From Mobula hypostoma (lineage: Eukaryota): DNA of 64,000 nucleotides. The position numbers were made by a program, and so were the translations under genes. The stretch spans positions 112,780,001 through 112,844,000 of the forward strand of contig NC_086108.1 of the NCBI RefSeq assembly GCF_963921235.1. The letters are read 5' to 3'. Of this stretch, positions 25,307 through 36,976 are shown piece after piece. A model generated the notes under the pieces. The model did not search any database, was not told the origin of the DNA, and was given only the letters and a program-made list of their open reading frames with translations. Within the stretch, counting starts at the first letter, position 1. Every line of letters starts with the position of its first letter.

Positions 25307-25592
25307 ACTCTTGGCAACCCGTTGTGTCCTCTTATTTACTAAAGCCCACCACCCCTAGACTGTAGGCTGCCGACAGCAGCTCACCAGAGTCCTCTGTTCT
25401 GGGCCAGCCTTTCACCCTGTCTCCAGGTGTAGCCTATTCTCTAGGCGAAGGTCTGTCCGCTCCCAGGGATGAGGTCTTTGGAGCTTCTGTTGGCGTTTCT
25501 TTAGATCTGGGTTTTTAACGGGACGGGGTTGCTAGCTCCATGCCCGGCCCTCCGCCGTTCACAGCCGGACTTGGGACTGTCCATGACCGAGT
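25307..25592 (-). mobile_element. Short non-autonomous RTE-type element with 5' twister-ribozyme-like motif, in the putative CCN1 3' UTR
   Basis: Minus strand begins ACTCGGTCATGGACAGTCCCAAGTCCGGCTGTGAACGGCGGAGGG; RTE-like tail CCCAGAACAGAGGACTCTGG...; TTATCGTGT at 25298-25306 and 25593-25601. Confidence 0.75.
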
Positions 25593-25872
25593 TTATCGTG
25601 TCGTGTTTAAGAAAAGAACCCAATGGTTTCGACTGGAAAGTCGAACGAAGTTGTGAGTTGCCAGGCAGCGAGTGAACAGCTCACGTTATTCTCTCGTGTG
25701 GGTCGAACAGCTCACATTACATGGCAGTGAGAAGCCAAAACTGTTTGGAGTTCTGCTTTAGCACAGAGGAAGAAATCGGTGATGTTAAATCCTGCGATAT
25801 ATTCATTGAATGTTGCATTATTTATCGCATATGTAGCAGATACTATTGGGTAAAAAAAAATGTCGTACTGGA

Positions 25873-25922
25873 ATTAAATGTACATAGATTTAATTTTTTA
25901 AGGAAATTAAACAATTTATTTA
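25873..25922 (+). terminator. Putative CCN1 3' end: ATTAAA poly(A) signals and AU-rich element
   Basis: AT-rich unique block with ATTAAA near 25873 and at 25906-25911, ATTTATTTA at 25914-25922, then a GT/T-rich tract; no transcript evidence. Confidence 0.5.
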
Positions 25923-27524
25923 TGGAACTGAATTTTGTTGTAAGGTGATTGTTTCTTTGGAAGTTCAACCCAGTTGTAAGTCATGAAGGTGAGAGAAATT
26001 AAGCAAAAGGAAAATTAAATGAGATGTTTGATTTGGTTGGGGTCTTACTGGTTCCAATATCAGGTATCGTTGGATACTGTTGGCAGGACTCTGAACGAAG
26101 GAACGGGAACCACCCAGGACTGTGGTGTAACACATAACAGACATATATACATAGATGCAGTCACGCAATCACTCAAACGGACCGTGTGATAGTTTAGTGG
26201 TTAAGTTACTGGATTAGTAACCAGAGGCCTGGGACCAGTGATCCAGTGACAAAGAGTTCGAATCCTCCCCAGGGAATTCAGATCCCATTAAATACATAAA
26301 GAGTGGGTATGAAAACCTGCACCTGGTTCAGGGGTATCGTTCAGCAGAGAGAGAGAGAGACTGGACCTGCTGTGTGGATAGCTGATAGTGAACCCTCGTG
26401 GTTCATTCTGAACTGTCTTAGTTTAGTCCCAGGTTTGGACAGAGAACATCGACACTACCAGTGACATATTCCCAAAATAGCAACACAACTTTTTTCACCA
26501 AAGCTTTAAAACAAGTATGGCCTTTCACTGAAGTCCTGGTTGATCTGTGACTTAATTCCATTCACCTTCCTCAATCATTAGTGAACTAAAAAAAACTCAT
26601 AATCTCATCTTAAAATTAACGATGAGTCCAACATCAGTTAGGAAAGCATTAGTGCGTGGCTGGGAAATGGCACTGGTGGCCAGGAAGGCTCTAGAACGGG
26701 AAGTCAGTGCTGCCCAACACAGCCCACTCACCATCAAAAACACATGTACCATGACTTTATCATTGCCTGTCAGTTGCACTCCTGTGCAGAGCATCATTTC
26801 ATGGACATACAATCAATCAGTGTACATAAGCTATCCTTTGTACTTATTGCACTTTATTATTATTGTGTTCTTTATCTTACTGTTTTTTTAATGCAGCATT
26901 TGGATCTTCTCCACCATTCCAACATGGGTGATTTATATTCCCTCTCAACCTCATTCTCCTGCCTTCTCCCTGTAACCCTGGACACCCTGACTAATCAAGA
27001 ACCCAACAACCTTTGCCTTAAATGTACCGAATGACTTGGCCTCCACAGCCATTGGTGGCAATGAATTCCACATATTCACTGCCCTCTAGCTGAAGGAATT
27101 CTTTCTCATTTCTGTTCTAAGGGGACATGCCTTTATTCTGAGGCTGTGGCCTCTCTAGACTCCCCTAGTGCAGGAAACATCCTCTCCACATCCACTCTAT
27201 CAAGGCCTTTCAATATTCAATCGGTTTCAATAAAATCTCCCCCCCCAACCCCGCCATTGTTCTGAGCTCCAGTGACATATAGGAAGGAAGTTTTCCACCA
27301 GTTGTGTCAAGGAATGTGGTGACTAAGAGCCACCTTTCAATGAACTCCTCCAAGGGGTAAATGCCGCCATTGTTTACACTGGGAGGGAGATCCTCGAGCA
27401 GAAAACATTTAACTCAGAATTATCGCTTATTGGCACTTGAGTCAGGAAGGAAATCTCGCAAATATCTTGGCAATTTGAGAAATTCTTGCATCCAGCCAGA
27501 CACAAAGAAAAGGATATGGAGGAA

Positions 27525-28230
27525 CTATAGTTACAGTCATGGTCATACTTTATTGATCCCGGGGGAAATTGGTTTTAACTACAGTTGCACCATAAATAAT
27601 AAATAGTAATAGAACCATAAATAGTTAAATAGTAATATGTAAATTATGCCAGTAAATTATGAAGTAAGTCCAGGACCAGCCTATTGGCTCAGGGTGTCTG
27701 ACCCTCCAAGGGAGGAGTTGTAAAGTTTGATGGCCACAGACAGGAATGACTTCCTATGACGCTCTGTGTTGCATCTCGGTGGAATGAGTCTCTGGCTGAA
27801 TGTACTCCTGTGCCCAACCAGTACACTATGTAGTGGATGGGAGACATTGACCAAGATGGCATGCAACTTGGACAGTACCCTCTTTTCAGACACCACTGTG
27901 AGAGATTCCAGTTCCATCCCCACAACATCACTGGCCTTACGAATAAGTTTGTTGATTCTGTTGGTGTCTGCTACCCTCAGTCTTCTGCCCCAGCACACAA
28001 CAGCAAACATGATAGCACTGGCTACCACAGACTCATAGAACATCCTCAGCATCGTCCGGCAGACGTTAAAGGACATCGGTCTCCTCAGGAAATAGAGACG
28101 GCTCTGACCCTTCTTGTAGACAGCCTCCGTGTTCTTAGACCAGTCCAGTTTATTGTCAATTCGTATCCCCAGGTATTTGTAGTCCTCCACCATGTCCACA
28201 CTGATCCCCTGGATGGAAACAGGATGGTGA
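27525..28230 (-). mobile_element. Rex1/Babar-like LINE 3' part
   Basis: 188-aa ORF YKYLGIRIDNKLDWSKNTEAVYKKGQSRLYFLRR...FYESVVASAIMFAVVCWG. Confidence 0.9.
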
Positions 28231-28721
28231 TATTGATAGAGAATCAATATCCGGTTTATTATTTATTTAAATTTAGAGATACGTACAGCACAAAGCGGGT
28301 CTTTGGGCTCTGGGAGAAAACCAGAGCACCCGGAGGAAACCCACGCTTTCCGTGTGGTGGTTGTTCAGACGCGGCGGTCCGCAGACTCGAACCCGGACCC
28401 CACCGCCCTGAGCTGTACTAGCATCAAGCTCGCTGCTGTGTTACGGTGGTGGCCCATGGCTGATCAGAGTTGTGTGTTATTCACTAAAACGCAGAGAAGT
28501 AGTACAAGCCTTCATGTTCTCAGACGTCAAATCAGTGCATTCCCTGTGGTGTAAAGCCAACACGTTTGATTTATGAAGCACACCTCCAGTCGTGGTTTCA
28601 GAAGGGCGGAAGAGGTTTGCGATACGAGAGATTTTTTTTGTTCTCTGCCCAGCAGGCATGGATTGAAACTGGTGATGACAAATACTGAGGAATGTTTGGT
28701 ATGTCAGGAACTGAGCAGGTT

Positions 28722-29015
28722 GGGAGAGGGAAGGGGGAAGAAAGGAGGGGAAAGAAAGGGGGGGAGAACAGAGAGGGGAGAGAGAGAGGGAGAGAGGGAG
28801 GGGGCAGAGAGAGGGACAGAGGGACAGAGGACTGGGGGGGAGAAGATGGAGAGGGAGGGGGAGAGGGGGAGAGAGGACGGAGAGGGAAGTGAGAGAGAGG
28901 GAGGGGACAGAGAGAGGGACAGAGGACTGGGGGGGGAGAAGATGGAGAGGGAGGGGGAGAGGGGGAGAGAGGATGGAGAGGGAAGTGAGAAAGAGGGAGG
29001 GGACAGAGAGAGGAG
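28722..29015. repeat. Polypurine GA-rich low-complexity tract with internal duplication
   Basis: Almost only G/A on +; block GGACTGGGGGG(G)AGAAGATGGAGAGGGAGGGGGAGAGGGGGAGAGAGGA occurs twice. Confidence 0.9.
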
Positions 29016-29419
29016 GAATTCTGCTGGTTAAATTCTATCGAGGAAACATCCATGGAGGGGAATCAACAGTCCACGTTTCAAGCAGGCCTGTCCTGATGAA
29101 GTGTCTCTGTGAAAAGTTGATGTTTTATTCATTTCCCGAACATCCATGCTCTTCCCCTCTTCTGGCTGCCTTAACATCGATAGAATTCATCTTGTCCTTA
29201 CCTATCACCTCATCATCCTCTGCAATTTCCACCATCTCCTACCACTAAACATCTCTTTACCTCCCCCACCTCCCGTGATTCCCTTGTCCATTCGTCCCTC
29301 CCCAATAATCACCCTCCCAGCACTCACACCTGCCAGTGGCCGAAGTGCTAAACCTGCCCACTCATCTCTTTCAGGGTCCCAAACAGTTCTTCTGCGAATC
29401 TGCTGGGGTTGTCTAATGT

Positions 29420-29800
29420 GTGACGGTGGTGTCTGAAAAGAGGATGCTGTCCAAGTTGCATGCCATCTTGGACAATGTCTCCCATCCACTACATAATGTA
29501 CTGGGTGGGCACAGGAGTACATTCAGCCAGAGACTCATTCCTCCGAGATGCAGCACAGAGAGTCATAGGAAGTCATTCCTGCCCGTGGCCATCAAACTTT
29601 ACAACTCCTTCCTTGGAGGGTCAGACACCCTGAGCCAATAGGCTGGTCCTGGACTTATTTCATAATTTACTGGCATAATTTACATATTACTATTTAACTA
29701 TTTATGGTTTTATTACTATTTATTATTTATGGTGCAACTGTAACGAAAACCAATTTCCCCCGGGATCAATAAAGTATGACTATGACTAAGCCTATGACTA
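29420..29800 (+). mobile_element. Rex1/Babar-like LINE 3' end
   Basis: Reverse-complement match to 9515-9890; (TATGAC)n tail. Confidence 0.85.
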
Positions 29801-29804
29801 TATG

Positions 29805-32800
29805 GAGCAGACAGCGTCGGAGTGGGTAGCGGAGTGAGAGGGTGCAGACTGATAGGGCTTTGGCTCAACAGGCTTAGGCAGAAACAGGAAGAGGCTTCCT
29901 GCGACCGTTGAGTCTCATAGTAGAGGGGTAAGTTACAGGTTTATTTGTTTAGTAATAACAGTAGCATTAGAGGTATGCATCTAGGATTAATGTTGTGCTT
30001 GGAGTGCCAGATGTGGGGACCCTGGGAGACTCCCAGCCCCCCGGAGCTGCAACTTGATGAACTTCAGCTAATTAGGGAAAGTGAGGAGGTGATTGATAAT
30101 ACCTATAGAGAGATAGTGGACAGCACCTCAGTGACAGTCCCCCTCAGAAATCGATATATCGTTTTAGATACTGTTGGAGAGGTTGACCTGACAGAGGAAG
30201 ACCACAGCGAACGGGACTCTGGCACTCTGCCCAGTGCCGTGATCAAGAGAGCAAGGAGAAATGCAGTAGTATACAGGCCTCCAAAAGGCAGCTGGGGTGT
30301 GGACTACAAGTTACAGCTGGAAATAGAAAAAGCATGTCAGAAGCAAAATGTCAAGATAATTATGGGGGATTTGAATATGAAAGTGGATTGTGAAAGTCAG
30401 GAAGGTACTGGATCTCAGGAGAGGGAGTTTGTAGAAATCCTACAGGATGGCTTTTTGGAGCAGCTTGTCCATAAGCCCACCAGGGGATCGGCTGATTTGG
30501 ACTGGATGCTGTGTAACGAACCTGAGGTGATTAGGGAGCTGGAGGTAATGGAACCCCTTGGAAGTAGTGATCATAATATGATTGAGTTCAGTTTCAAATT
30601 TGAAAAGGAGAAGCTGGTATCAGGTGTATCGATAGTTCAGTGGAACAAAGGAAATTACAGTGGTATGAGAGAGGAACTGGCCCAAGTCGACTGGAAGAGT
30701 AAGCTAGATGGAGGGATGGTAGAGCAGAATTGGATGAATTTCCTACAAGAAATAAGGAAAATGCAGGAAAAATATATTCCAAGAAAAAAGAAAATCATGA
30801 ATGGAAAAATGGCACAAATGTGGCTAACGAGAGAGGTTAAGGCTAAAATAAAAGTAAAAGAGACGACGTACAAGGAAGTGAAAATTAGTGGGAAAACTAA
30901 GGACTGGACGACTTTTAAAAACTTACAGAAGGAAACTAAGAAAGTCATTAGGAAAGAAAAGATGAATTATGAAAGGAAGTTGGCAATTAGCATAAAAAAG
31001 GATACCAAGAGTTTTTAAAAAATTATATGAAGAGTAAAAGAGTGACACGGGTAGATATAGAACCAATTGAAAATGATGCTGGAGAAATTATAATGGATAA
31101 CAAAGAGATGGCGGAGGAACTGAATGAGTATTTTGTATCAGTCTTCACAGTGGAAGACATTAGCAATATACCTGATAGCCAGAGGTTTCAATGAATAGAA
31201 TTAGGTACAGTCAAGATTACTGGAGAGAAAGTGCTTGGGAAGCTAAATGGACTAAGAATAGATAAGTCTTCCGGACCGGATGAGGTGTGCCCATGGGTTC
31301 TGAAGGAGGTGGCTTTGGAGATTGTGGAGGCATTGGAAATGATCTTCCAGGAATCAATAGACTCTGGCATGGTTCCAGAGGACTGGAAGATCGCAAATGT
31401 AGTTCCGTTGTTTAAGAAAGGAGGGAGGCAGCAAAAAGAAAATTACAGACCTATTAGTCTGATATCAGTGATTGGAAAGTTTTTGGAGTTGATCCTCAAG
31501 GACGAAGTTATGAAATACCTTGAGGTGCATGACAAGATAGGCCCAATGATCATGGTTTCATGAAGGGAAGATCCTGCCTCACCAACCTATTGGAATTTTT
31601 TGAGGTAATTTCAAATAAGATTGACAAGGGAGAGGCTGTGGATGTTGTGTATTTGGATTTTCAAAAGGCCTTCGATAAGGTGCCGCATAAGAGGCTGCTT
31701 AGTAAAATGAGAGCCCATGGAATTACAGGAAAGATATTGGAATGGGTGGAGCATTGGCTGATAGGCAGAAGGCAAAGGATGGGAATAAAGGGATCCTATT
31801 CTGATTGGTTGCAGTTACTAGTAGTGTTCCACAGGGGTCGATGTTGGGGCCGCTTCTTTTTACAATGTATATCGATGATTTAGATTATGGATTAAATGGT
31901 TTTGTGGCTAAGTTTGCGGATCACACCAAGACAGGTGGAGGAGCAGGAAGTGTTGAAGAAACGGAGAGGTTGCAGAGAGACTTGGTCAGTTTAGGAGAGT
32001 GGGCAAAGAAATGGCAGATGAGATACAATGTTGAGAAATGTATGGTTGTACATTTTGGAAGAAGAAATAATTGGGCAGATTATTATTTAGATGGGGAGAA
32101 AATTCAAAAATTGGAAATGCAAAGGGACTTGGGGGTCCTCGTGCAGAATACCCTAAAGGTTAACCACCAGGTTGGATCGGCAGTAAGGAAAGCGAATGCT
32201 ATGTTGGCATTCATTTCAAGAGGAATAGTGTATAAGAGTAAGGAGGTGTTGATGAGGCTCTATGGGGCACTGGTGAGACCTCATTTGGAATACTATGTAC
32301 AGTTTTGGGCCCCCTAATTTAGAAGGGATGTACTGATGTTGGAGAGGGTTCAGAGAAGATTTACGAGGATGATTCCTGGAATGCAGGGGCTAACATATGA
32401 TGAGCGTTTATCAGCTCTTGGACTGTATTCATTCGAGTATAGAAGAATGAGAGGGGATCTCATAGAAACATTTCGAATGTTGAAAGGGTTTGACAGAGTA
32501 GATGTGGAAAGGCTGTTTCCCTTGGTGGGTGAGTCCAGGACAAGAGGCCACAGTCTTAGAATTAGAGGGTACCCATTTAAAACAGAGATAGGGAGAAATT
32601 TTTTTAGCCAGAGGGTCGTGGATTTATGGAATTTGTTGCCACATACAGCTGTGGAGGCCTGATCATTGAAGGTGTTTAAGGAGGAGACTGATAGGTATCT
32701 AATTAGTCAGGGTATCAAGGGATATGAGGAAAAAGCCAGAAATTGGAACTAGATGGGAGAATAGTTTAGCTCATGGTGGAGTGGCAGAGCAGACTCGATG

Positions 32801-32850
32801 GGCCGAATGGCCTACTGCTGCTCCTTTGTCTTGTGGTCTTGGTCTTGGCC
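29805..32850 (+). mobile_element. CR1 LINE spanning 5' to 3' with internal deletions and stops
   Basis: ORF1 remnant fused to EN (VYRPP, IIMGDLN, GSSDHNMI), RT (YLDFQKAFDKVPH, VPQGSMLGP, KFADH), C-terminus and 3' UTR across five broken ORFs. Confidence 0.93.
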
Positions 32851-33749
32851 CAAAATGTCGACTATTTATCATTTCCATAGATGCTGCCTGACCTTCCGAG
32901 TTCCTCCAGTCCATTTTTTGTGTGTTGTGGTGAGCAGTGAGCTCCTATGTCTAATGGTAAATGTCTATAGTCTGGGGGATTTATATTTTTTTTGTGTGAC
33001 TGTATTTTACTACTATTTTAGACCATAGGAAGTAGGATCAAAATTAGGCCATTCAGCCCATCAAGTCTGCTCTGCCATTCCATCACTGCTGATCCTGGAT
33101 CCCACTCAACCCCGTATACTTGCCTCCTCGCCATAATCTTTGATGCCCTGACCGATCAGGAAATGATCAACTTCTGCTTTAAATATACCCACGGACTTGG
33201 CCTCCACCACAGTCTGTGGCAGAGTATTCCACAGATTCACAACTCTCCGGCTAAAAAAAAAATTCCCCTTACCTCTGCTGTAAAGGGTTGCCCCTCAATT
33301 TTGAGGTTGTGCCCTGTAGTTCTGGATACCCCCACAAGAGGAAACATCTTCTCCACATTCACCCTATCTAGTCCTTTCAATATACTTATTATGTGTTATA
33401 TGTGTTTTAGGCTCTGTGTGACTGTTGGCACTGTGTTTTGCACCTTGGTGCCAGGGTAATGCCCATAAGAGTTTGTACGTTCTCCCCGTGACCGCGTGGA
33501 GTTCCTCCCGCAGTCCAAAGACGCACCAGTTGGTAGGTTAATTGGTCATTGTAAATTGTCCCATGATTCGGCTAGGATAGACAGGGTGATTGCTGGGCAG
33601 TGAGGCTAAAGGGCCTGTTCAGCACGGCATCTCAATCAATAATCAATAAGTAACACCGTTTCCCCGGCAGTACTCACGTATGGTTGAATGACTTGATTTA
33701 TGTAGAGTTGACCAGTGTGAGGGAAAATGAAAAGCCCAACCTACCCCCT

Positions 33750-34050
33750 GTGGGCACGTGGCCAGGTGGTTAAGGCATTGGACTAGCTACCTGAAGGTCG
33801 TGAGTTTGAGTCCCAGCCGAGGCAATGTGTTGTGTCCTTGAGCAAGGCACTTAATCACACATTGCTCTGCGACGACACTGGTGCCAAGCTGTATGGGTCC
33901 TAATGCCCTTCCCTTAGACAACATTGGTGTCGTGGAGAGGGGAGACTTGCAGCATGGGCAACTGCTGGTCTTCCATACAACCTTGCCCAGGCCTGCGCCC
34001 TGGAGAGAGAACACTTTCCAGGCGCAGATCCATGGTCTCGCAAGACTAAC
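33750..34050 (+). mobile_element. tRNA-derived CORE-type SINE (copy 2)
   Basis: GGGCACGTGGCCAGGTGGTTAAGGCATTGGACT...; near-identical to the reverse complement of 6860-7157. Confidence 0.8.
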
Positions 34051-34074
34051 TCATAACTCATCAATAAACACTAG

Positions 34075-34910
34075 AAAAGTCTGCAGCTACTGGAAATCCA
34101 GAGCAACACACACAAAATGCTGGAGAAACATAGCAGGCCAGGAAGCATCTATGGAAATGACTAGATGGTTGATGTTTCGGGCTGAGAAGCAATGGGGAAG
34201 ATGCCAGAATAAAAAGATGGGAGGGGAAGGAGGAGAGCTAGAAGGCGACAGGTGAAGCCATGTGGGTAGGAATATAAAGGGCAGGTGAGGAAGGAATCTG
34301 ATAGGAGAGGAGAGTGGACCACAGGAGAAAGGGAATGAGGGGGAACCAAAACGGGAGGTGATAGGCAGGTGAGAAGAGGTGAAAATCAGAGTGGGCAACA
34401 GAGGAAGAGGGGGAAAGGGGGAAATTTGTTTACCAGCAGGAGAAATGAATGTTCATGCCATCAGGTTAGAGACCAGCCGGACAGAATATAAGGTGTTGCT
34501 TCTCCATCCTGAGGGTAGCCGAAGACGAGGCCATGGAATGGGAATGGGAATTAAAATGTTGGGCCACCAGGAAGTCCTGCATGTGGCAGATGGAGCAGCG
34601 ATGCTCGACGAAGTGGTCCACCACTCACCATTGCAGAGGTCGCATCAGGAGCACTGGCCACAATAGACATCTCCAGCAGATTGACAGGTGAAGCATTGCC
34701 TCACCTGGAAGGACTGTTAGGGTCCCTGAAAGAACGTGGGAAAGGAGGTGAATGGACAGGTATAGCATTTAGCCTGCTTAAAGGGATCAGTGCCTGGAAG
34801 GAGATTAGTGGGGAGGGATGAATGGACAAGGGAATCACGTAGGGAGCGATCTGTGAGGAAGGTGGAGGTGGTGGTGGGGAGGATCCCTTTGGAGATTGTG
34901 GAAGTTGATG
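34075..34910 (-). mobile_element. Older Penelope-like element 3' fragment
   Basis: DRSLRDSLVHSSLP...KCYTCPFTS; diverged copy of 61705-62660. Confidence 0.75.
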
Positions 34911-36070
34911 TGTTCATCAATCCTTAGCCACTGCACAGGGATACAGTGGGCAGAGCTGCTGCCTCATAACCCCAGTGACCCCAGTTCAATCATGATCTCT
35001 GGCACTGTCTGTGTGTGGAGTTTGCATTTCTCCCTGTGACCCAGGGTGCTCTGAGAATATCATAGGATCAGCATGGGATTGGTGTCAAGGGGTGATTGAT
35101 GGTCAGCATGGACTCAATGGGCCGAAGGTCTGCTTCCTTATGGTCTCTCTTTTAGAACAGAATTGAGGAGGAATCTCTTTAGCCAGAGGTTAGAGTATCT
35201 GTGGAATTCATTGCCACAGACAACTATGGAGACCAAGTAATTAGGTATGGTTAAAGTGGAGGTTGATAGGTTCTTGATTGGGCAGGGTGTCAAAGGTTAT
35301 TGGGAGAAGGCTGGAGAAAGGTAATAAATCTGCCGTGACATAACGATGGAGCAGACACAATAGGCAAAGTGGCCTAACTTGGCCCCGCTGTCTACTGGTC
35401 TTGGCTTTCACATTGTCTGTGGAGGCAAAGTCCAGAGTCGACAGACAACGTGTGAAGAATGGCATGGCATCACACAGGATTGGTGTCAATGGCTGATTGA
35501 TGGTGAGCACAGACTCAATGGGCTGAAGGGCCCGTTTTCTTGCTGTCTCTATACTTCACGGTGTGAGTGGGTCTGAACTCAGAGAGAGCTGTGTGACGGG
35601 ATTGAAACATTTTGTTGGATGCCTTGAGGTAGTATTGCACATATTCCATCTGAGTAATTATTCAAAAGGAAGCATTACTTACTGAACTGAGATAGTTTGT
35701 TTTTGTAGAGTTAGCATGTCATCTAAAACTTTGACAGACTTCTATAGACGCACAGTGGAGAGTATCCTGACTGGTTGTATCAGGGCCTTGTATGGACACA
35801 CCAATGTCTACAGAAAGAAGTGGAGACAGCCCAGTCCATCAGTGAGCACAGCTACATGGAGTGCTGTCCCTTGAAAGCAGCATCCATCATCAAGGACCCC
35901 CACCACCCAGGCCATGCTCTCCTCTCATTCATGCCATCAGGAAGGAGGTACTGGAGCCTCAGGGCCCACACCAGCAGGTCAGGAACAGCTACTATCCTAC
36001 ATCCATCAAGCCCCTAACCAGTGTAGATAACTTCACACACCTTGACTCTGAACCAATTCCAAAACTTGTG

Positions 36071-36976
36071 TGTAACCCCCAGGTTTGGCCGGTGGTGTTA
36101 GTCTAGGGAAGACAGTCTCTGGCCCCACCAAATGAGTGAAATCTGAGGTGCAAGACCCCTTGTTTGTGTAGATGCTGTGTGGTCTGTTTCCCTGTTACAA
36201 ATCAGTACCATAAAATAACAGACAGTTTTTTTTATAGGCATCTGTTAGTCTCATGAGACCATGGATTTGCGCCTTGGAAGGTTTCCAGGGCACAGGCCTA
36301 GGCAAGGTTGTATGGAAGACCAGCAGTTGCCTATGCTGCAAGTCTCTCCTCTCCATGCCACCGATGTTGTCCAAGGGAAGGGCATTAGGACCCATACAGC
36401 TTGGCACCAGTGTCATCGCAGAGCAACGTGTGGTTAAGTGCCTTGCTCAAGGACACAACACGTTGCCTCAGCCAAGGCTCAAACTAGCGACCTTCAAATC
36501 ACTAGACGAACACCTTAACCACTTGGCCACACACCAACACTAACAGACAGTACACCATATGCAATTAAACGATTTAGCTCTTTAATTCTTAATTTGACAA
36601 AGGGGTAGTAAAGAAAAGCAAAAGGAAAAGGGCCCATTTTAATGAGACAGTCTAACATGCACAAGTTGGAGCTCAGGGTTTCCCTTCTGTGGGTCCTCCA
36701 TTGATTTCCCCCGGCTTCACCGACTCCCGGCCCCACTCCAAGTCCACTCTGTCCTGCTGTCTACAACCTCTCCTTTCTGGCATCTTCTCTCTTCATCTCT
36801 CGCCAAACAGAAGACCCAGATCACCTCTGTCTCAGGCACAAAACAAGAAAAAAAGAACACTCTCTTCATTGGATGGCTCACATTCCAAAGCCCCCGTAAT
36901 CTCTAGCCATAACCCAAACACTGCTGCTGCAGAAAAACCATCACATTAGCAGTGAAACCGTTCCCAGGGTGTTACA
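36071..36976. mobile_element. Probable solo LTR (Gypsy-like), about 580 bp excluding the nested SINE
   Basis: Starts TGTAACCCCCAGG and ends CCCAGGGTGTTACA (TG...CA, imperfect inverted termini); TGTG on both flanks (36067-36070, 36977-36980). Confidence 0.7.
36227..36540 (-). mobile_element. tRNA-derived CORE-type SINE (copy 3) with 11-bp TSD
   Basis: TAACAGACAGT at 36216-36226 and 36541-36551; short A tail on the minus strand. Confidence 0.85.

Noticed and set aside
28573..29248. Glu/Arg/Gly-rich and Pro/Ser-rich ORFs
   Set aside because: Low-complexity GA tract
33750..33825. Possible tRNA genes (also at 7085-7157 and 36460-36535)
   Set aside because: tRNA-like heads continue into a shared SINE body, with TSDs at two copies; these are SINE heads, not tRNAs
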